DNA from: Gammaproteobacteria bacterium
GTDB lineage: Bacteria; Pseudomonadota; Gammaproteobacteria; SZUA-140
DNA: 64,000 nucleotides
Assembly: GCA_016712635.1 (NCBI GenBank)
Contig: JADJQS010000008.1
Coordinates: forward strand, 63,104 to 127,103
Direction: 5' to 3'
Made by a program: the position numbers and the translations under genes. The first letter of the stretch is position 1; every line of letters starts with the position of its first letter. Under the pieces are notes generated by a model that saw only the letters and a list, made by a program, of their open reading frames with translations, was not told where the DNA came from and ran no database searches. Below are positions 1 to 9,237 of this stretch, one piece after another.

Positions 1-200
1 TCGACGGCGGTCGGTTCGATCAATTCCGTATCCATAGATTATGCAGTCGTGCCGGAAGGTGCAATGAATCCCCGATCCGGTGGTTTATAGACGCCTGCGA
101 GGGATTTTACACGATTGTCGCGCGGCGGGTGCGGCTGGTCATGCGGCCGCGCAGCGTCAGTGTCGAGCCGGCAAGGCCGGGCGGGCCGTTCCGTCAGGGG

Positions 201-1430
201 TCAATGCGGCGTGTCGTGCAGGTCGGATTTGATCTCACGCATGATGGTGTCGGCCCATTCCAGCGAGCGCAGATAGGCCTCGGTGATGGTGTCCTTGCTC
301 ATGTTGCTGCACTCAAGCCTGTCCCATTTTCCCTGTTCGTAGGCGATGACGCTGTTCAGTATGGCCGCGTACGGTCCTGCACGATTGATCAGGGCTTCCG
401 TGATCTCCGGGCTCAGCGGCAGCGCACCCAGGATCTCGGGCAGAGGCTGATCCATCATTGCATCCAGGGTGGAGAACAACCCGACGATGAACGCCGAATC
501 CTTGTTGGCTCCCGGGAAAGACGCGGCGAGCAGCTCGCACATCTTGCTGCGTATCAGCGAAGTGGTGATGAGTTCGTCCGGCTTGTCGTCGATCCCGGTC
601 AGCGCGATCAGGGTGGCCCAGCGCTTGATCTCCTTTTCGCCCAGATAGACGATGGCGTGGTGGATCGAGTCGACCTTCTTGCTCAGGGTAAAGGCGGCGG
701 AGTTGATGTAGCGCATGAGCTTGTAGCTCATGGTCGGATCCTGGGAGATCAGCGCTTCCAGCTCCCGGATGTTGATCTCGGGGTTTTGCAGCTCGGCCAT
801 CATGCGCATGGTATTGAGGCGGTTGGCAGGCATGCGTCGCCCGGTGAGGACGCGCGGCTTGCAGAGGAAGTATCCCTGGTAGTAATCGAATTCGAGCTCC
901 TTGCAGCGGTCAAACATCTCGGGAGTCTCGATCTTTTCCGCCAGCAGCTTGATCGGGTATTTGTTCAGGATCAATACGTGCTCTTCCAGCTCCACATGGT
1001 TCAGTGCCTGCACGTCGAGCTTGACAATATTGGCCTCATTCACCAGTGGCTTCAGATCCGGGTGATAGATGAAGTCGTCGAGCGCGATGATGTAGCCCAT
1101 CTGCTTCAGTCTGCGCACCGCGGCGATGACCGTCTTGTCTATCTCGATGTCCTCGAGGATCTCCAGCACCAGCTGCGAGCTCGGCGGAGGCAGGAGGTCG
1201 ATATTGGTGATGAAATTGCGCGTCACGTTGATAAAGGCCTGATGATTGCCGACGACCTTTTCGAGGCCCATCTCCAGGAAGCTGTTGATGAGGATCTGTG
1301 ATGTCGCCTGGTCGCCATCGACCACCTTGGCCTGGGTCTGGTCCTGGCGACGATAAAGCAGCTCGTATCCGATCACGTTCTGAGCGGCGTCGAAGATAGG
1401 CTGTCTACCGATGTAATAGTGCTGCTGCAT
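201..1430 (-). CDS. EAL-domain (c-di-GMP phosphodiesterase-like) protein with C-terminal HDOD domain
   Basis: 409-aa ORF. The N-terminal half has EAL-family motifs (GRQPIFD...IGYELLYR, ALDDF, EKIET). The C-terminal half resembles HDOD (SQDPTMSYKLMRYINSAAF...HHAIVYLG). The 390-aa ORF on the opposite strand is judged a GC-rich artefact. Confidence 0.8.
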   Translation of the reverse strand: MQQHYYIGRQPIFDAAQNVIGYELLYRRQDQTQAKVVDGDQATSQILINSFLEMGLEKVVGNHQAFINVTRNFITNIDLLPPPSSQLVLEILEDIEIDKTVIAAVRRLKQMGYIIALDDFIYHPDLKPLVNEANIVKLDVQALNHVELEEHVLILNKYPIKLLAEKIETPEMFDRCKELEFDYYQGYFLCKPRVLTGRRMPANRLNTMRMMAELQNPEINIRELEALISQDPTMSYKLMRYINSAAFTLSKKVDSIHHAIVYLGEKEIKRWATLIALTGIDDKPDELITTSLIRSKMCELLAASFPGANKDSAFIVGLFSTLDAMMDQPLPEILGALPLSPEITEALINRAGPYAAILNSVIAYEQGKWDRLECSNMSKDTITEAYLRSLEWADTIMREIKSDLHDTPH

Positions 1431-1521
1431 GGTTATTCTTATTGGTAACTGATTCGTTATAAATTTCCCCGGCTCCGGTCAGCTCCTGTCATGGAGCGCC
1501 GACCGCCGAAGCCTTGCCCCC

Positions 1522-2664
1522 TCAGGCATGCAGTGGTCTGAAACCGCGCGGTCCTGTGCCTGGTTTGCTGCGGCCTTCTGCTCTGCCGGCATCGCTCAGC
1601 AGACGGCTCTCGATGCCGTGGCAGGAGAGCAGAAACGCCGCAGTCGCTCCATCTCCGGATTTATCCGAGTAAATGATGTAATCATGTCCGCGATCGAGCA
1701 GGCGGGCCAGCTGGCGCATCAGCCTGAGCGGCAGATTGACGCTGCCGGGCAGGCGGCTGCGCTGGAAGGCGCGAACCGGGCGCACATCGAGCAGTACGGA
1801 GTCGTGTGCCTGTTCAGGCGCTACGTCGGAATACGCGATCCGTTTGAGCAGAGGCCTTACCAGCAGGGTGAGAAATTCCCCCTTGGAGACGCAGGCCACG
1901 CGAGTGTCCTTCAAGGCGGTCGCCGTGGCGTCGCACCGGCCGCTGGCGATCAGTCCGTACTCGCCGATCCCTTCTCCGGGGCCGGGTTCCATGAAGAGGA
2001 TATCGCGGCGCCGCTGACTGGAGCGCCTGGTCAGACGCAGGCGTCCCTCTTCAATGAAGTAATAGTGCCTGGCGGGATCGCCTTCCCGGGCCAGTGTATT
2101 GCCGGCGGGTATCCGGAGCCGCGTCATCCGGTTCTTCAGCACCTGCCGGTGGGGCCATGGCAGGCGCGAGAACAGCGGGGATGCAAACAGTCGCGCGTCC
2201 GGGGCTTCGTTGTCCGCAGCGGGGGCAGGCTGCGAGGCTTCGTCAGCCGCAGGCGCGTCCCGGCCGCGTTCCAGCAGCCTGGTCAGGAGCTCCGAATCGA
2301 TGCTGAGAACGGTGACGCTGGTCCGGGCCAGAGCGGTAACGCGGCGGGGATTGTGCGCATCGATCGCCGCGCTGGCCTCGAATGTATCCGCGCGGAGCAT
2401 CCGCGTGTCCTGGCCGTCGGACAGGAGCGCCAGCTGGCCGGCCATGAGAAACAGGGTGCGGGTGGACGTCTCATCCCGCTGAAACAGGCAGCGTCCCGGA
2501 GGCAGCCGCGCTATGACTGACGAACGGATCAGCTCCTCTCGCGCGGCGGAATCCAGCTTGTTCAGGGGTGAAAATTGGCTTAACTGGGTATCGCCGACGA
2601 TTGGATGCGTCACGCCCATCGGTGCTCCTTTGCCCGGTAGAATATTTGACCCTCTCTGGATCAT
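1522..2664 (-). CDS. Tandem cyclic-nucleotide-binding domain protein with C-terminal rhodanese-homology domain
   Basis: 380-aa ORF with two CAP-effector-like segments (LFQRDE...FLMAGQL and GDPARHYYFIEEGRLRL...GEYGLI) and a C-terminal rhodanese-like segment (VLLDVRP...IIYSDKSG). The usual catalytic Cys position appears to be Ser/Asp. The start is uncertain (2664 or 2619). Confidence 0.65.
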   Translation of the reverse strand: MIQRGSNILPGKGAPMGVTHPIVGDTQLSQFSPLNKLDSAAREELIRSSVIARLPPGRCLFQRDETSTRTLFLMAGQLALLSDGQDTRMLRADTFEASAAIDAHNPRRVTALARTSVTVLSIDSELLTRLLERGRDAPAADEASQPAPAADNEAPDARLFASPLFSRLPWPHRQVLKNRMTRLRIPAGNTLAREGDPARHYYFIEEGRLRLTRRSSQRRRDILFMEPGPGEGIGEYGLIASGRCDATATALKDTRVACVSKGEFLTLLVRPLLKRIAYSDVAPEQAHDSVLLDVRPVRAFQRSRLPGSVNLPLRLMRQLARLLDRGHDYIIYSDKSGDGATAAFLLSCHGIESRLLSDAGRAEGRSKPGTGPRGFRPLHA

Positions 2665-2776
2665 ATTAACGGCGTCGAGGGGAGGCTCCTAAAGAGCTAT
2701 GCTGCAAGAAGATGGCCCTGCCGGATCTCTGGATGGATCAGCGGGGCGGGGGTTTTTCTATAATAGTATGAATTAA

Positions 2777-3466
2777 TTATATTTTATTGATCATTCGAGG
2801 CATCCTCCGGTCCAGCCAGGCCGCGATGTCGGCGACCTCCCCGGCGCAGAGGCTGTGACCCATGGGATAGGTACGCCAGTCCACCGGGTAACCCAGCCGG
2901 GTCAGTACATCGCATGAGCGGCGCGCCGCGGGCAGGGGAATGATGGCGTCTTCGCTGCCATGCGCCATCAGGATTGGGACTCCGGCGTTGGCGGGATGGG
3001 CCTCCTGTTGCAGGGTCTCCGCCAGTGGCAGATAGGTGGACAATGCCAGGATCCCGGCCAGACGCTCCGGATATCTCAGGCCGGTATGCAGGGCAATGGC
3101 ACCGCCCTGCGAGAATCCGGCCAGCAGGATGCGCGCGGGCGCGATGCCCGCTGCGATTTCGCCGGCGATCAGGAGACGCAGGGCCTGTTCCGACTCCCGG
3201 ATGCCCGGGCCGTCCTCGCGCGGCGGGACGGCGCCGGAGATGTCATACCAGGCGCGCATGCGCATGCCGCCGTTGATTGTCACCGGCCGATGGGGTGCGT
3301 GGGGAAAGATGAAGCGGACACCCGCGGCGGGCGGCAAGCCCAGATGGGGGACCAGTGATTCGAAGTCGTGGCCGTCGGCCCCGAGTCCGTGCAGCCAGAG
3401 GATGCTTGCTTGGACCGTGGTCGTCGGTTCTATGATGACCGCGGGCAATACCGTGTTCGCCGTCAT
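2777..3466 (-). CDS. Alpha/beta-hydrolase, carboxylesterase/phospholipase family
   Basis: 229-aa ORF with a GFSQGG nucleophile elbow, a WLHGLGADG N-terminal motif and a C-terminal HG...D/H pattern typical of carboxylesterase 2-type enzymes. Confidence 0.8.
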   Translation of the reverse strand: MTANTVLPAVIIEPTTTVQASILWLHGLGADGHDFESLVPHLGLPPAAGVRFIFPHAPHRPVTINGGMRMRAWYDISGAVPPREDGPGIRESEQALRLLIAGEIAAGIAPARILLAGFSQGGAIALHTGLRYPERLAGILALSTYLPLAETLQQEAHPANAGVPILMAHGSEDAIIPLPAARRSCDVLTRLGYPVDWRTYPMGHSLCAGEVADIAAWLDRRMPRMINKI

Positions 3467-3635
3467 GGGCCCTCCTTCAAATCAGGCCCGGGTTGCGGCA
3501 CCGTCTGCGTGGGCGGATCGCATAGCCTGTGCCACATGAACTGATTATACTGGGACGTGTTCCTTGCGGGTCCGCCCGCAAGCACCCTGCGCGGCACCGG
3601 CCATGCATCCTGTCTTCGCGGCTAAGCTAGCAAAA

Positions 3636-3794
3636 ATGCACGGATATGAACAGTCGAAGCGGTGCGGCATCCCGATCCGGTCACGCTGGGTGGCGGTCGG
3701 GGCGCTGTGCCTGCTGCTGATTACCGCCTGCGGCCAGAAGGGCGACCTCTACCTGCCTGACGACAGCCGGATAGAACAACCACAGACCGAGTGA
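3636..3794 (+). CDS. lptM: Small lipoprotein of the LptM/YifL family
   Basis: Lipobox LLITAC followed by GQKGDLYLP, the conserved YifL/LptM signature. It lies directly upstream of lysA, as in many proteobacteria. The start was chosen at the ATG at 3636; the ORF is open from 3564. Confidence 0.7.
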   Translation: MHGYEQSKRCGIPIRSRWVAVGALCLLLITACGQKGDLYLPDDSRIEQPQTE

Positions 3795-3800
3795 GTCGCC

Positions 3801-5048
3801 ATGGATGATTTTTCTTACCGCGGCGGCGTCCTCCACGCCGAGGACGTTGATCTGCGCACCATCGCCGCGGAGATCGGCACCCCGTGCTACATCTATTCGC
3901 GCGCTGCGATAGAACGCCAATGGCGCGCCTTCGACGCGGCAATCCACGCCCGCGAGCATCTGGTCTGCTTCGCCGTCAAGGCCTGTTCCAATATCGCCAT
4001 CCTGAACCTGCTGGCGCGTCTGGGATCGGGCTTCGATATCGTATCCATCGGTGAACTGGAGCGGGTGCTGGCGGCAGGCGGCGATGCCGGCAAGACCGTT
4101 TTCTCCGGTGTGGGTAAAGGCCGGCAGGAAATCCGGCGTGCGCTCGAGGCCGGTATCGCCTGTTTCAATGTCGAGTCCGCCTCCGAACTCGAACGGATCA
4201 ACGCCGTCGCAGGGGAGATCGGGCGGCAGGCACCTGTTTCGCTGCGCGTGAACCCCGATGTGGACGCGAAGACGCATCCGTACATCTCGACGGGGCTCAA
4301 GGAAAACAAGTTCGGCATCCCGGTGACGGACGCGGCGGAGCTGGCCGGCCGCGCCGTGCGCATGGACCATGTCGAGCTGGTCGGCCTGGACTGCCATATC
4401 GGATCGCAGCTGACCTCGACGGCGCCATTCGAGGACGCCCTGGACCGCCTGCTCAGGCTGGTGGACACGCTCGCCGGCCGGGGCATCGTGTTGCATCATC
4501 TCAATCTCGGTGGCGGGCTGGGGGTGCGTTACCGTACGGAACATCCGCCGTCGCCGGCCGAGTATGCGGCCGCCCTGTTGCGCCGACTGGGTGACCGGCC
4601 CGGCAGGCTTCTGATCGAGCCGGGGCGCGCCATCGTCGCCAACGCCGGCATTCTGCTTACGCGCGTCGAATATCTGAAGCCGGGGGAGTGCAAGAGCTTC
4701 GCCATCGTGGACGCCGCCATGAACGATCTGATCCGTCCCGCCCTGTACGACGCATGGCATGAGATCCTGCCCGTGGTTCCGCGTACGGGCCGCCCTGCCC
4801 AGTTGTACGATGTCGTCGGCCCGGTGTGCGAGACCGGCGATTTTCTCGGGCAGGCGCGTGAGCTCGACCTGGAGTCCGGCGACCTGCTCGTGGTCGGTTC
4901 CGCCGGCGCCTACGGCTTTGTGATGAGTTCGAACTACAATTCCCGCCCGCGTGCGGCCGAGGTCCTCGTCGACCGCGCCCGCGCCCACGTGATACGCGAG
5001 CGGGAGACCTTGCCGATGCTGTATGCGGGCGAGCACCTGCTGCCCTGA
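3801..5048 (+). CDS. lysA: Diaminopimelate decarboxylase
   Basis: 415-aa ORF with the PLP-dependent decarboxylase fold-III pattern (FAVKA, GSGFD, EPGR, CETGD, GAYG). Confidence 0.95.
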   Translation: MDDFSYRGGVLHAEDVDLRTIAAEIGTPCYIYSRAAIERQWRAFDAAIHAREHLVCFAVKACSNIAILNLLARLGSGFDIVSIGELERVLAAGGDAGKTVFSGVGKGRQEIRRALEAGIACFNVESASELERINAVAGEIGRQAPVSLRVNPDVDAKTHPYISTGLKENKFGIPVTDAAELAGRAVRMDHVELVGLDCHIGSQLTSTAPFEDALDRLLRLVDTLAGRGIVLHHLNLGGGLGVRYRTEHPPSPAEYAAALLRRLGDRPGRLLIEPGRAIVANAGILLTRVEYLKPGECKSFAIVDAAMNDLIRPALYDAWHEILPVVPRTGRPAQLYDVVGPVCETGDFLGQARELDLESGDLLVVGSAGAYGFVMSSNYNSRPRAAEVLVDRARAHVIRERETLPMLYAGEHLLP

Positions 5049-5070
5049 CTCCAGCCCGATACGCAGCGGC

Positions 5071-5769
5071 ATGAGACGCGTCCCCGAACCCGAGCTGATG
5101 GAAGATGAGCCGCAGGCGCGCGCCTATTCCGAGGCCGATTTCGCCGAACCGCATTCGATGTTCGTGCGACTGTGCAGGGAGGCCTGGGCGGGGCATGAGA
5201 TCCGCGGGCGCATGCTGGACCTCGGCTGCGGACCGGCGGATGTCACCGTGCGCCTGGCGAAGGCTTTCCCCGCCCTCGCCATCGACGGCGTGGACGGCTC
5301 GGCGGCGATGCTCAGGTACGGGGAGGAGCGCGTGCGCCGGCATGGTCTCGCCTCCCGCATCCGCCTGATCCATGGCCGATTGCCGGATTGCACCTTGCCC
5401 GGGGATTGCAACGCCATCGTCAGCAACAGCCTGTTGCACCACCTGCACGATCCCGCGGTCTTGTGGGATACCGTCTGGCGCTGTGGCCGACCGGGTGCGG
5501 CGGTATTTGTCATGGATCTGATGCGTCCGGACGACGAATCCCAGGCACAGGAACTGGTGGAGCGCCATGCAGCGGACGCCCCCGAGGTGCTCCGGCGTGA
5601 TTTCCATCACTCGCTGCTCGCCGCCTACCGGCCGGGAGAGGTGCGCGGACAGCTTGATGAGGCCGGCCTTCCCGGGTTTCTCGTGCGAGGGGTCTCGGAC
5701 CGCCATCTTGCCGTGAGCGGGTTCATCACCGCGGGATCCGGCGCCCGGCAGGGTACCCGCAAACCATGA
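5071..5769 (+). CDS. Class I SAM-dependent methyltransferase
   Basis: Contains motif I (MLDLGCGPAD) and a post-I acidic residue. The start was set at the ATG at 5071, after the lysA stop; the ORF is open from 5023. Confidence 0.75.
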   Translation: MRRVPEPELMEDEPQARAYSEADFAEPHSMFVRLCREAWAGHEIRGRMLDLGCGPADVTVRLAKAFPALAIDGVDGSAAMLRYGEERVRRHGLASRIRLIHGRLPDCTLPGDCNAIVSNSLLHHLHDPAVLWDTVWRCGRPGAAVFVMDLMRPDDESQAQELVERHAADAPEVLRRDFHHSLLAAYRPGEVRGQLDEAGLPGFLVRGVSDRHLAVSGFITAGSGARQGTRKP

Positions 5770-5788
5770 TGCGGCGAACAAGCCGAGG

Positions 5789-7651
5789 TTGAGACACCGC
5801 ACGATGTCCACGCGCACGGGAGGATCAAACCGGGGTGGATCGAGGCGCGGCGGCGCGACGGGCGGCGCTGCTGCGTTGTCCGCGACGCTGCGGCGTGCGC
5901 AGTCATGCTATCAGGCGGGCAGGCTCGCGGAAGCGGCAGCGTACTGTCAGGAAATCCTGGGCAGCGCCCCCGGCCACTTCGATGCACTGCACCTGCTGGC
6001 GATCCTGGTGTTCCAGCTCGGCCATCCGGAGGAAGCTGCACGCCTGATCGAGCAGGCGGTGGCGATCAATCCGCGCTCTGAACAGGCCTTCATGAGTCGG
6101 GGTATTATCCTGCAGGCCTTGTACCGCTATCCGGATGCGCTGGCGAGTTATGACCGCGCCGTGGCGCTCAGGCCGGCGTTCGCCGAGGCCTGGTATCGCC
6201 GCGGGAACGTACTGCATGACCTGAGCCGCCGCGATGATGCGCTTGCCAGTTACGATCGCGCCCTGGCGATCAAGCCTGATTACGTGGAGGCGCTGTACAA
6301 CCGCGGGCTGATACTGCAGGAGATGATGCGCCACCCAGAGGCACTGGCCAGCTATGAGCGCGCGCTGGCACTGCGTCCCGATATTGTCGACGCGCATTAC
6401 AATCGCGGCCTGATCCTGTATGAGCTGCGGCGTTACGATGAGGCGCTCGCGAGCTACGAGCGTGCGCTCGGGCTCAGGCCTGACATGCACGAGGCGATCA
6501 GCAACCGCGGCAATACGCTGCGCCGCCTCAACCGCTACGAGGAGGCTTTGCTCTGTTTCGTGCAGGCGCTGCGGCTCAAGCCGGATTATGTCGAGGCGCT
6601 GGTCAACAAAGGTCTGGTGCTGCAGGACCTGGACCGTTGCGAAGACGCCTTGAAGAGCTTCGAAGAAGCCATCAGACACAGCCCGGGCTCGCCCGAGGCG
6701 CATTGCGGCGCCGCGCTCTGCCGGCTGTCGCTGGGCGATTTCGCGGCGGGCTGGGAAGAATACGAGTGGCGCTGGCGGAACCCGCAGACAAAGGGCCTGC
6801 GTCACTTCCCCGAGCCGCTCTGGCTGGGACGGGAGCCGGTGGCCGGGCGTACCCTCCTGCTATGGGCCGAACAGGGCTTCGGGGATACCATTCAGTTCTG
6901 CCGCTATGCAAAAAACCTGGCCGAAGCCGGCGCCAGGGTGATCCTGGAGGTGCAGCCGGCCCTGAAATCCCTGCTGTCCCGGCTGGTGGGGCCGGCGCAG
7001 GTCGTGGCGCAGGGCGAGGCACTGCCCGCCTTCGAGTGGCATTGCCCCCTGCTGAGCCTGCCGCTGGCATTCAGGACGACCCTGGCCGGCATCCCCGCGC
7101 CTGCCGGATACATCACGCCGGACGACGCGAAGGCCCGGGTATGGCAGGCCATCCTCGCCGACACGCGAGGCCTGCGGGTCGGGCTCGCGTGGTCGGGGGA
7201 TCCACGCCACCCCAATGACCACAACCGCTCGCTGCCGCTGTCCGGGATGCATGCACTGCTCGCCGTGGAGGCCACTTTCATCGGCGTGCAGAAGGAGGTG
7301 CGCGAAGCGGATGCGGCCTTCCTCGCGGCCCACCCGGCGATTCTTCGCCCAGGGGAACGTGTGGCGGACTTTGCCGATGCCGCGGCGCTCATCGCGAGTC
7401 TCGACCTGCTGATCACGGTGGACACTTCGGTCGCCCATCTCGCCGGCGCGATGGGAAAACCCGTGTGGATCCTGCTCCCGCATAACCCCGACTGGCGCTG
7501 GCTGCGCGGGCGCGACGACAGCCCGTGGTATCCATCGGCGCGCCTCTTCAGGCAGGCGGCTCCTGGTGACTGGAGCGGGGTGATCGAGCGCCTGGTGGAG
7601 AATCTGCGTGAACTGGCGCAGTCGCTGCGGCCGGCGGCCGGCTCGCCGTGA
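5789..7651 (+). CDS. TPR-repeat protein fused to a glycosyltransferase family 9 (heptosyltransferase-like) domain
   Basis: 620-aa ORF. It has about 8 consecutive 34-residue TPR units (repeated ...ALASYDRALALRPD...A.YNRG...) followed by a GT9-like C-terminal half (EQGFGDTIQFCRYA, VDTSVAHLAGAMGKPVW). Confidence 0.75.
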   Translation: MRHRTMSTRTGGSNRGGSRRGGATGGAAALSATLRRAQSCYQAGRLAEAAAYCQEILGSAPGHFDALHLLAILVFQLGHPEEAARLIEQAVAINPRSEQAFMSRGIILQALYRYPDALASYDRAVALRPAFAEAWYRRGNVLHDLSRRDDALASYDRALAIKPDYVEALYNRGLILQEMMRHPEALASYERALALRPDIVDAHYNRGLILYELRRYDEALASYERALGLRPDMHEAISNRGNTLRRLNRYEEALLCFVQALRLKPDYVEALVNKGLVLQDLDRCEDALKSFEEAIRHSPGSPEAHCGAALCRLSLGDFAAGWEEYEWRWRNPQTKGLRHFPEPLWLGREPVAGRTLLLWAEQGFGDTIQFCRYAKNLAEAGARVILEVQPALKSLLSRLVGPAQVVAQGEALPAFEWHCPLLSLPLAFRTTLAGIPAPAGYITPDDAKARVWQAILADTRGLRVGLAWSGDPRHPNDHNRSLPLSGMHALLAVEATFIGVQKEVREADAAFLAAHPAILRPGERVADFADAAALIASLDLLITVDTSVAHLAGAMGKPVWILLPHNPDWRWLRGRDDSPWYPSARLFRQAAPGDWSGVIERLVENLRELAQSLRPAAGSP

Positions 7652-7653
7652 TC

Positions 7654-8118
7654 CTATGCCCCTTGCGCGAAGTCCTGCTGCCGCCAGGCTTCATAGACGA
7701 TCACAGCGACCGCATTGGAAAGGTTGAGGCTGCGGCAGTGCGGCGCCATCGGAATGCGGATGATCCGCTCGGGCGGCAGGAGGTTCAGCAGTTCCGCGGA
7801 GAGGCCGCGCGTCTCGGGGCCGAACAGGAAGGCGTCGCCGGGTGTGTAGGCGGCTTCGGTGTAGAGCGTGCCTCCGCGTGTGGAGCAGGCAAAGACGCGG
7901 GCCGGCGCCACCGTCTCGAGAAACGAGGCGAGATCGCGATGCTCCCGCAGCCGGGTGTACTCGTGATAGTCAAGTCCGGCGCGCCGAAGACGGGCGTCAT
8001 CGAGCGTAAAACCGAGCGGGTGGATGAGGTGCAGGGCGGTGTGGGTGTTGGCGCACAGGCGTATAATATTGCCCGTGTTGGGCGGGATCTCGGGCTGGCA
8101 GAGGGCGACGTGGAACAT
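7654..8118 (-). CDS. trmL: tRNA (cytidine/uridine-34 2'-O)-methyltransferase
   Basis: 154 aa, near-colinear with E. coli TrmL/YibK (EIPPNTGNIIRLCANT, RLRRAGLDYHE, FGPETRGL, SLNLSNAVAVIVYEAWRQ). Confidence 0.95.
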   Translation of the reverse strand: MFHVALCQPEIPPNTGNIIRLCANTHTALHLIHPLGFTLDDARLRRAGLDYHEYTRLREHRDLASFLETVAPARVFACSTRGGTLYTEAAYTPGDAFLFGPETRGLSAELLNLLPPERIIRIPMAPHCRSLNLSNAVAVIVYEAWRQQDFAQGA

Positions 8119-8164
8119 GCGCGGGCGGCTCCGGTGACAATCCTGATGTAATAACCTCTGTGCG

Positions 8165-9142
8165 ATGGGTGGTCAAGCGGTGAACGAGGATGACAAGCGG
8201 GCGCTCGAGCTCGATTTCTGCGGCATGCATTTCGCCACGCCGCTGGTGCTGTTGTCCGGGTGCGTCGGTTTCGGTGAGGAATATACCCGCGTCGAGGGAT
8301 TCTCCAATCACGATGCCGGCGCGGTATGCCTGAAGGGAACGACGCTCAAGCCCCGTCTCGGTAACCCGCCGCACCGGGTTGCTGAAACGCCGATGGGCAT
8401 GCTGAACGCAATCGGGTTGCAGAATCCCGGCGTGCACCACGTGGTGAAGGTGATCCTGCCGCGGCTCGATTTCTCCGAGACCCGTTTCATCGCCAATGTC
8501 TCCGGGTCCACCATCGAGGAATACGTCGAGGTCACGCGCGCCTTCGACGACTCGCCGATCGACGCCATGGAGATCAACATCTCCTGCCCCAACGTCAAGG
8601 AGGGCGGGGTACAGTTCGGCAACGATCCGGACATGTCGGCGCGCGTGGTCGCCGCCTGCCGCGCGGTTACGAGCAAACCGCTCATCACCAAGCTGTCGCC
8701 CAACCAGACCGACATCGCCGAGAACGCGCGCCGCTGCATCGATGCCGGCACCGACGCCTTCGCCGTCATCAACACCCTGACCGGGATGGCGATCGATATC
8801 GAGCAACGCACGCCCATCATCGGCAACAACCAGGGCGGGTTGTCCGGGCCGGCGATCAAGCCCATCGCGCTGCTGAAGGTGCATCAGGTCTATCAGGTGT
8901 GCCGGGGCCACGGCATCCCGATCATCGGGCAGGGCGGCGTGTGCGGCGCGGAGGATGCGCTGGAGTTCCTCATCGCGGGCGCCACCGCGGTCGGCGTCGG
9001 CACCGGTCTCTTTTATGACCCGCTGCTCTGTCCCAAGATCAATGCTGGCATCGTCGCCTACCTCAAACGTCATGGACTGAGCGAGGTCGGCCAGCTGACC
9101 GGCACCCTGGTGCTCAACGGGCAGGGGATGGGGTGCGCCTGA
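8165..9142 (+). CDS. Dihydroorotate dehydrogenase-like flavoprotein (class 1 / PyrD-B catalytic subunit type)
   Basis: 325-aa ORF with NAIGLQNPG, the NISCPNVK active-site Cys loop, and the GGLSGP and GQGGV FMN-binding motifs. The exact substrate class (DHODH versus dihydropyrimidine DH-like) is not resolved. Confidence 0.8.
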   Translation: MGGQAVNEDDKRALELDFCGMHFATPLVLLSGCVGFGEEYTRVEGFSNHDAGAVCLKGTTLKPRLGNPPHRVAETPMGMLNAIGLQNPGVHHVVKVILPRLDFSETRFIANVSGSTIEEYVEVTRAFDDSPIDAMEINISCPNVKEGGVQFGNDPDMSARVVAACRAVTSKPLITKLSPNQTDIAENARRCIDAGTDAFAVINTLTGMAIDIEQRTPIIGNNQGGLSGPAIKPIALLKVHQVYQVCRGHGIPIIGQGGVCGAEDALEFLIAGATAVGVGTGLFYDPLLCPKINAGIVAYLKRHGLSEVGQLTGTLVLNGQGMGCA

Positions 9143-9237
9143 CGCCGTAAGGCAACTGTGGCGCCGAAAGCGGGTGCTGGGGGAGCCGTGGTATCTCCGC
9201 CGGGACGCTTCCGCTCCCGTCACCGCTCGTCACCAGG

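Noticed and set aside
1-36. Possible start of a minus-strand gene running off the left edge (ATG at 36: MDTELIEPTAV...).
   Set aside because: Only 12 codons are visible, so there is no way to support it.
129-1301. Many long ORFs antisense to or overlapping the called genes in the GC-rich flanks. Examples are 129-1301 (+), 3681-5072 (-), 7997-9223 (-), 9834-10703 (+), 12680-13867 (+), 52558-53589 (+), 58743-59837 (-) and 61680-62948 (-).
   Set aside because: Their translations are Arg/Ala/Gly/Pro-rich low-information strings with no recognisable motifs. Each lies opposite or out of frame to a gene with clear family signatures. Such stop-free frames are expected by chance at about 65 % GC.
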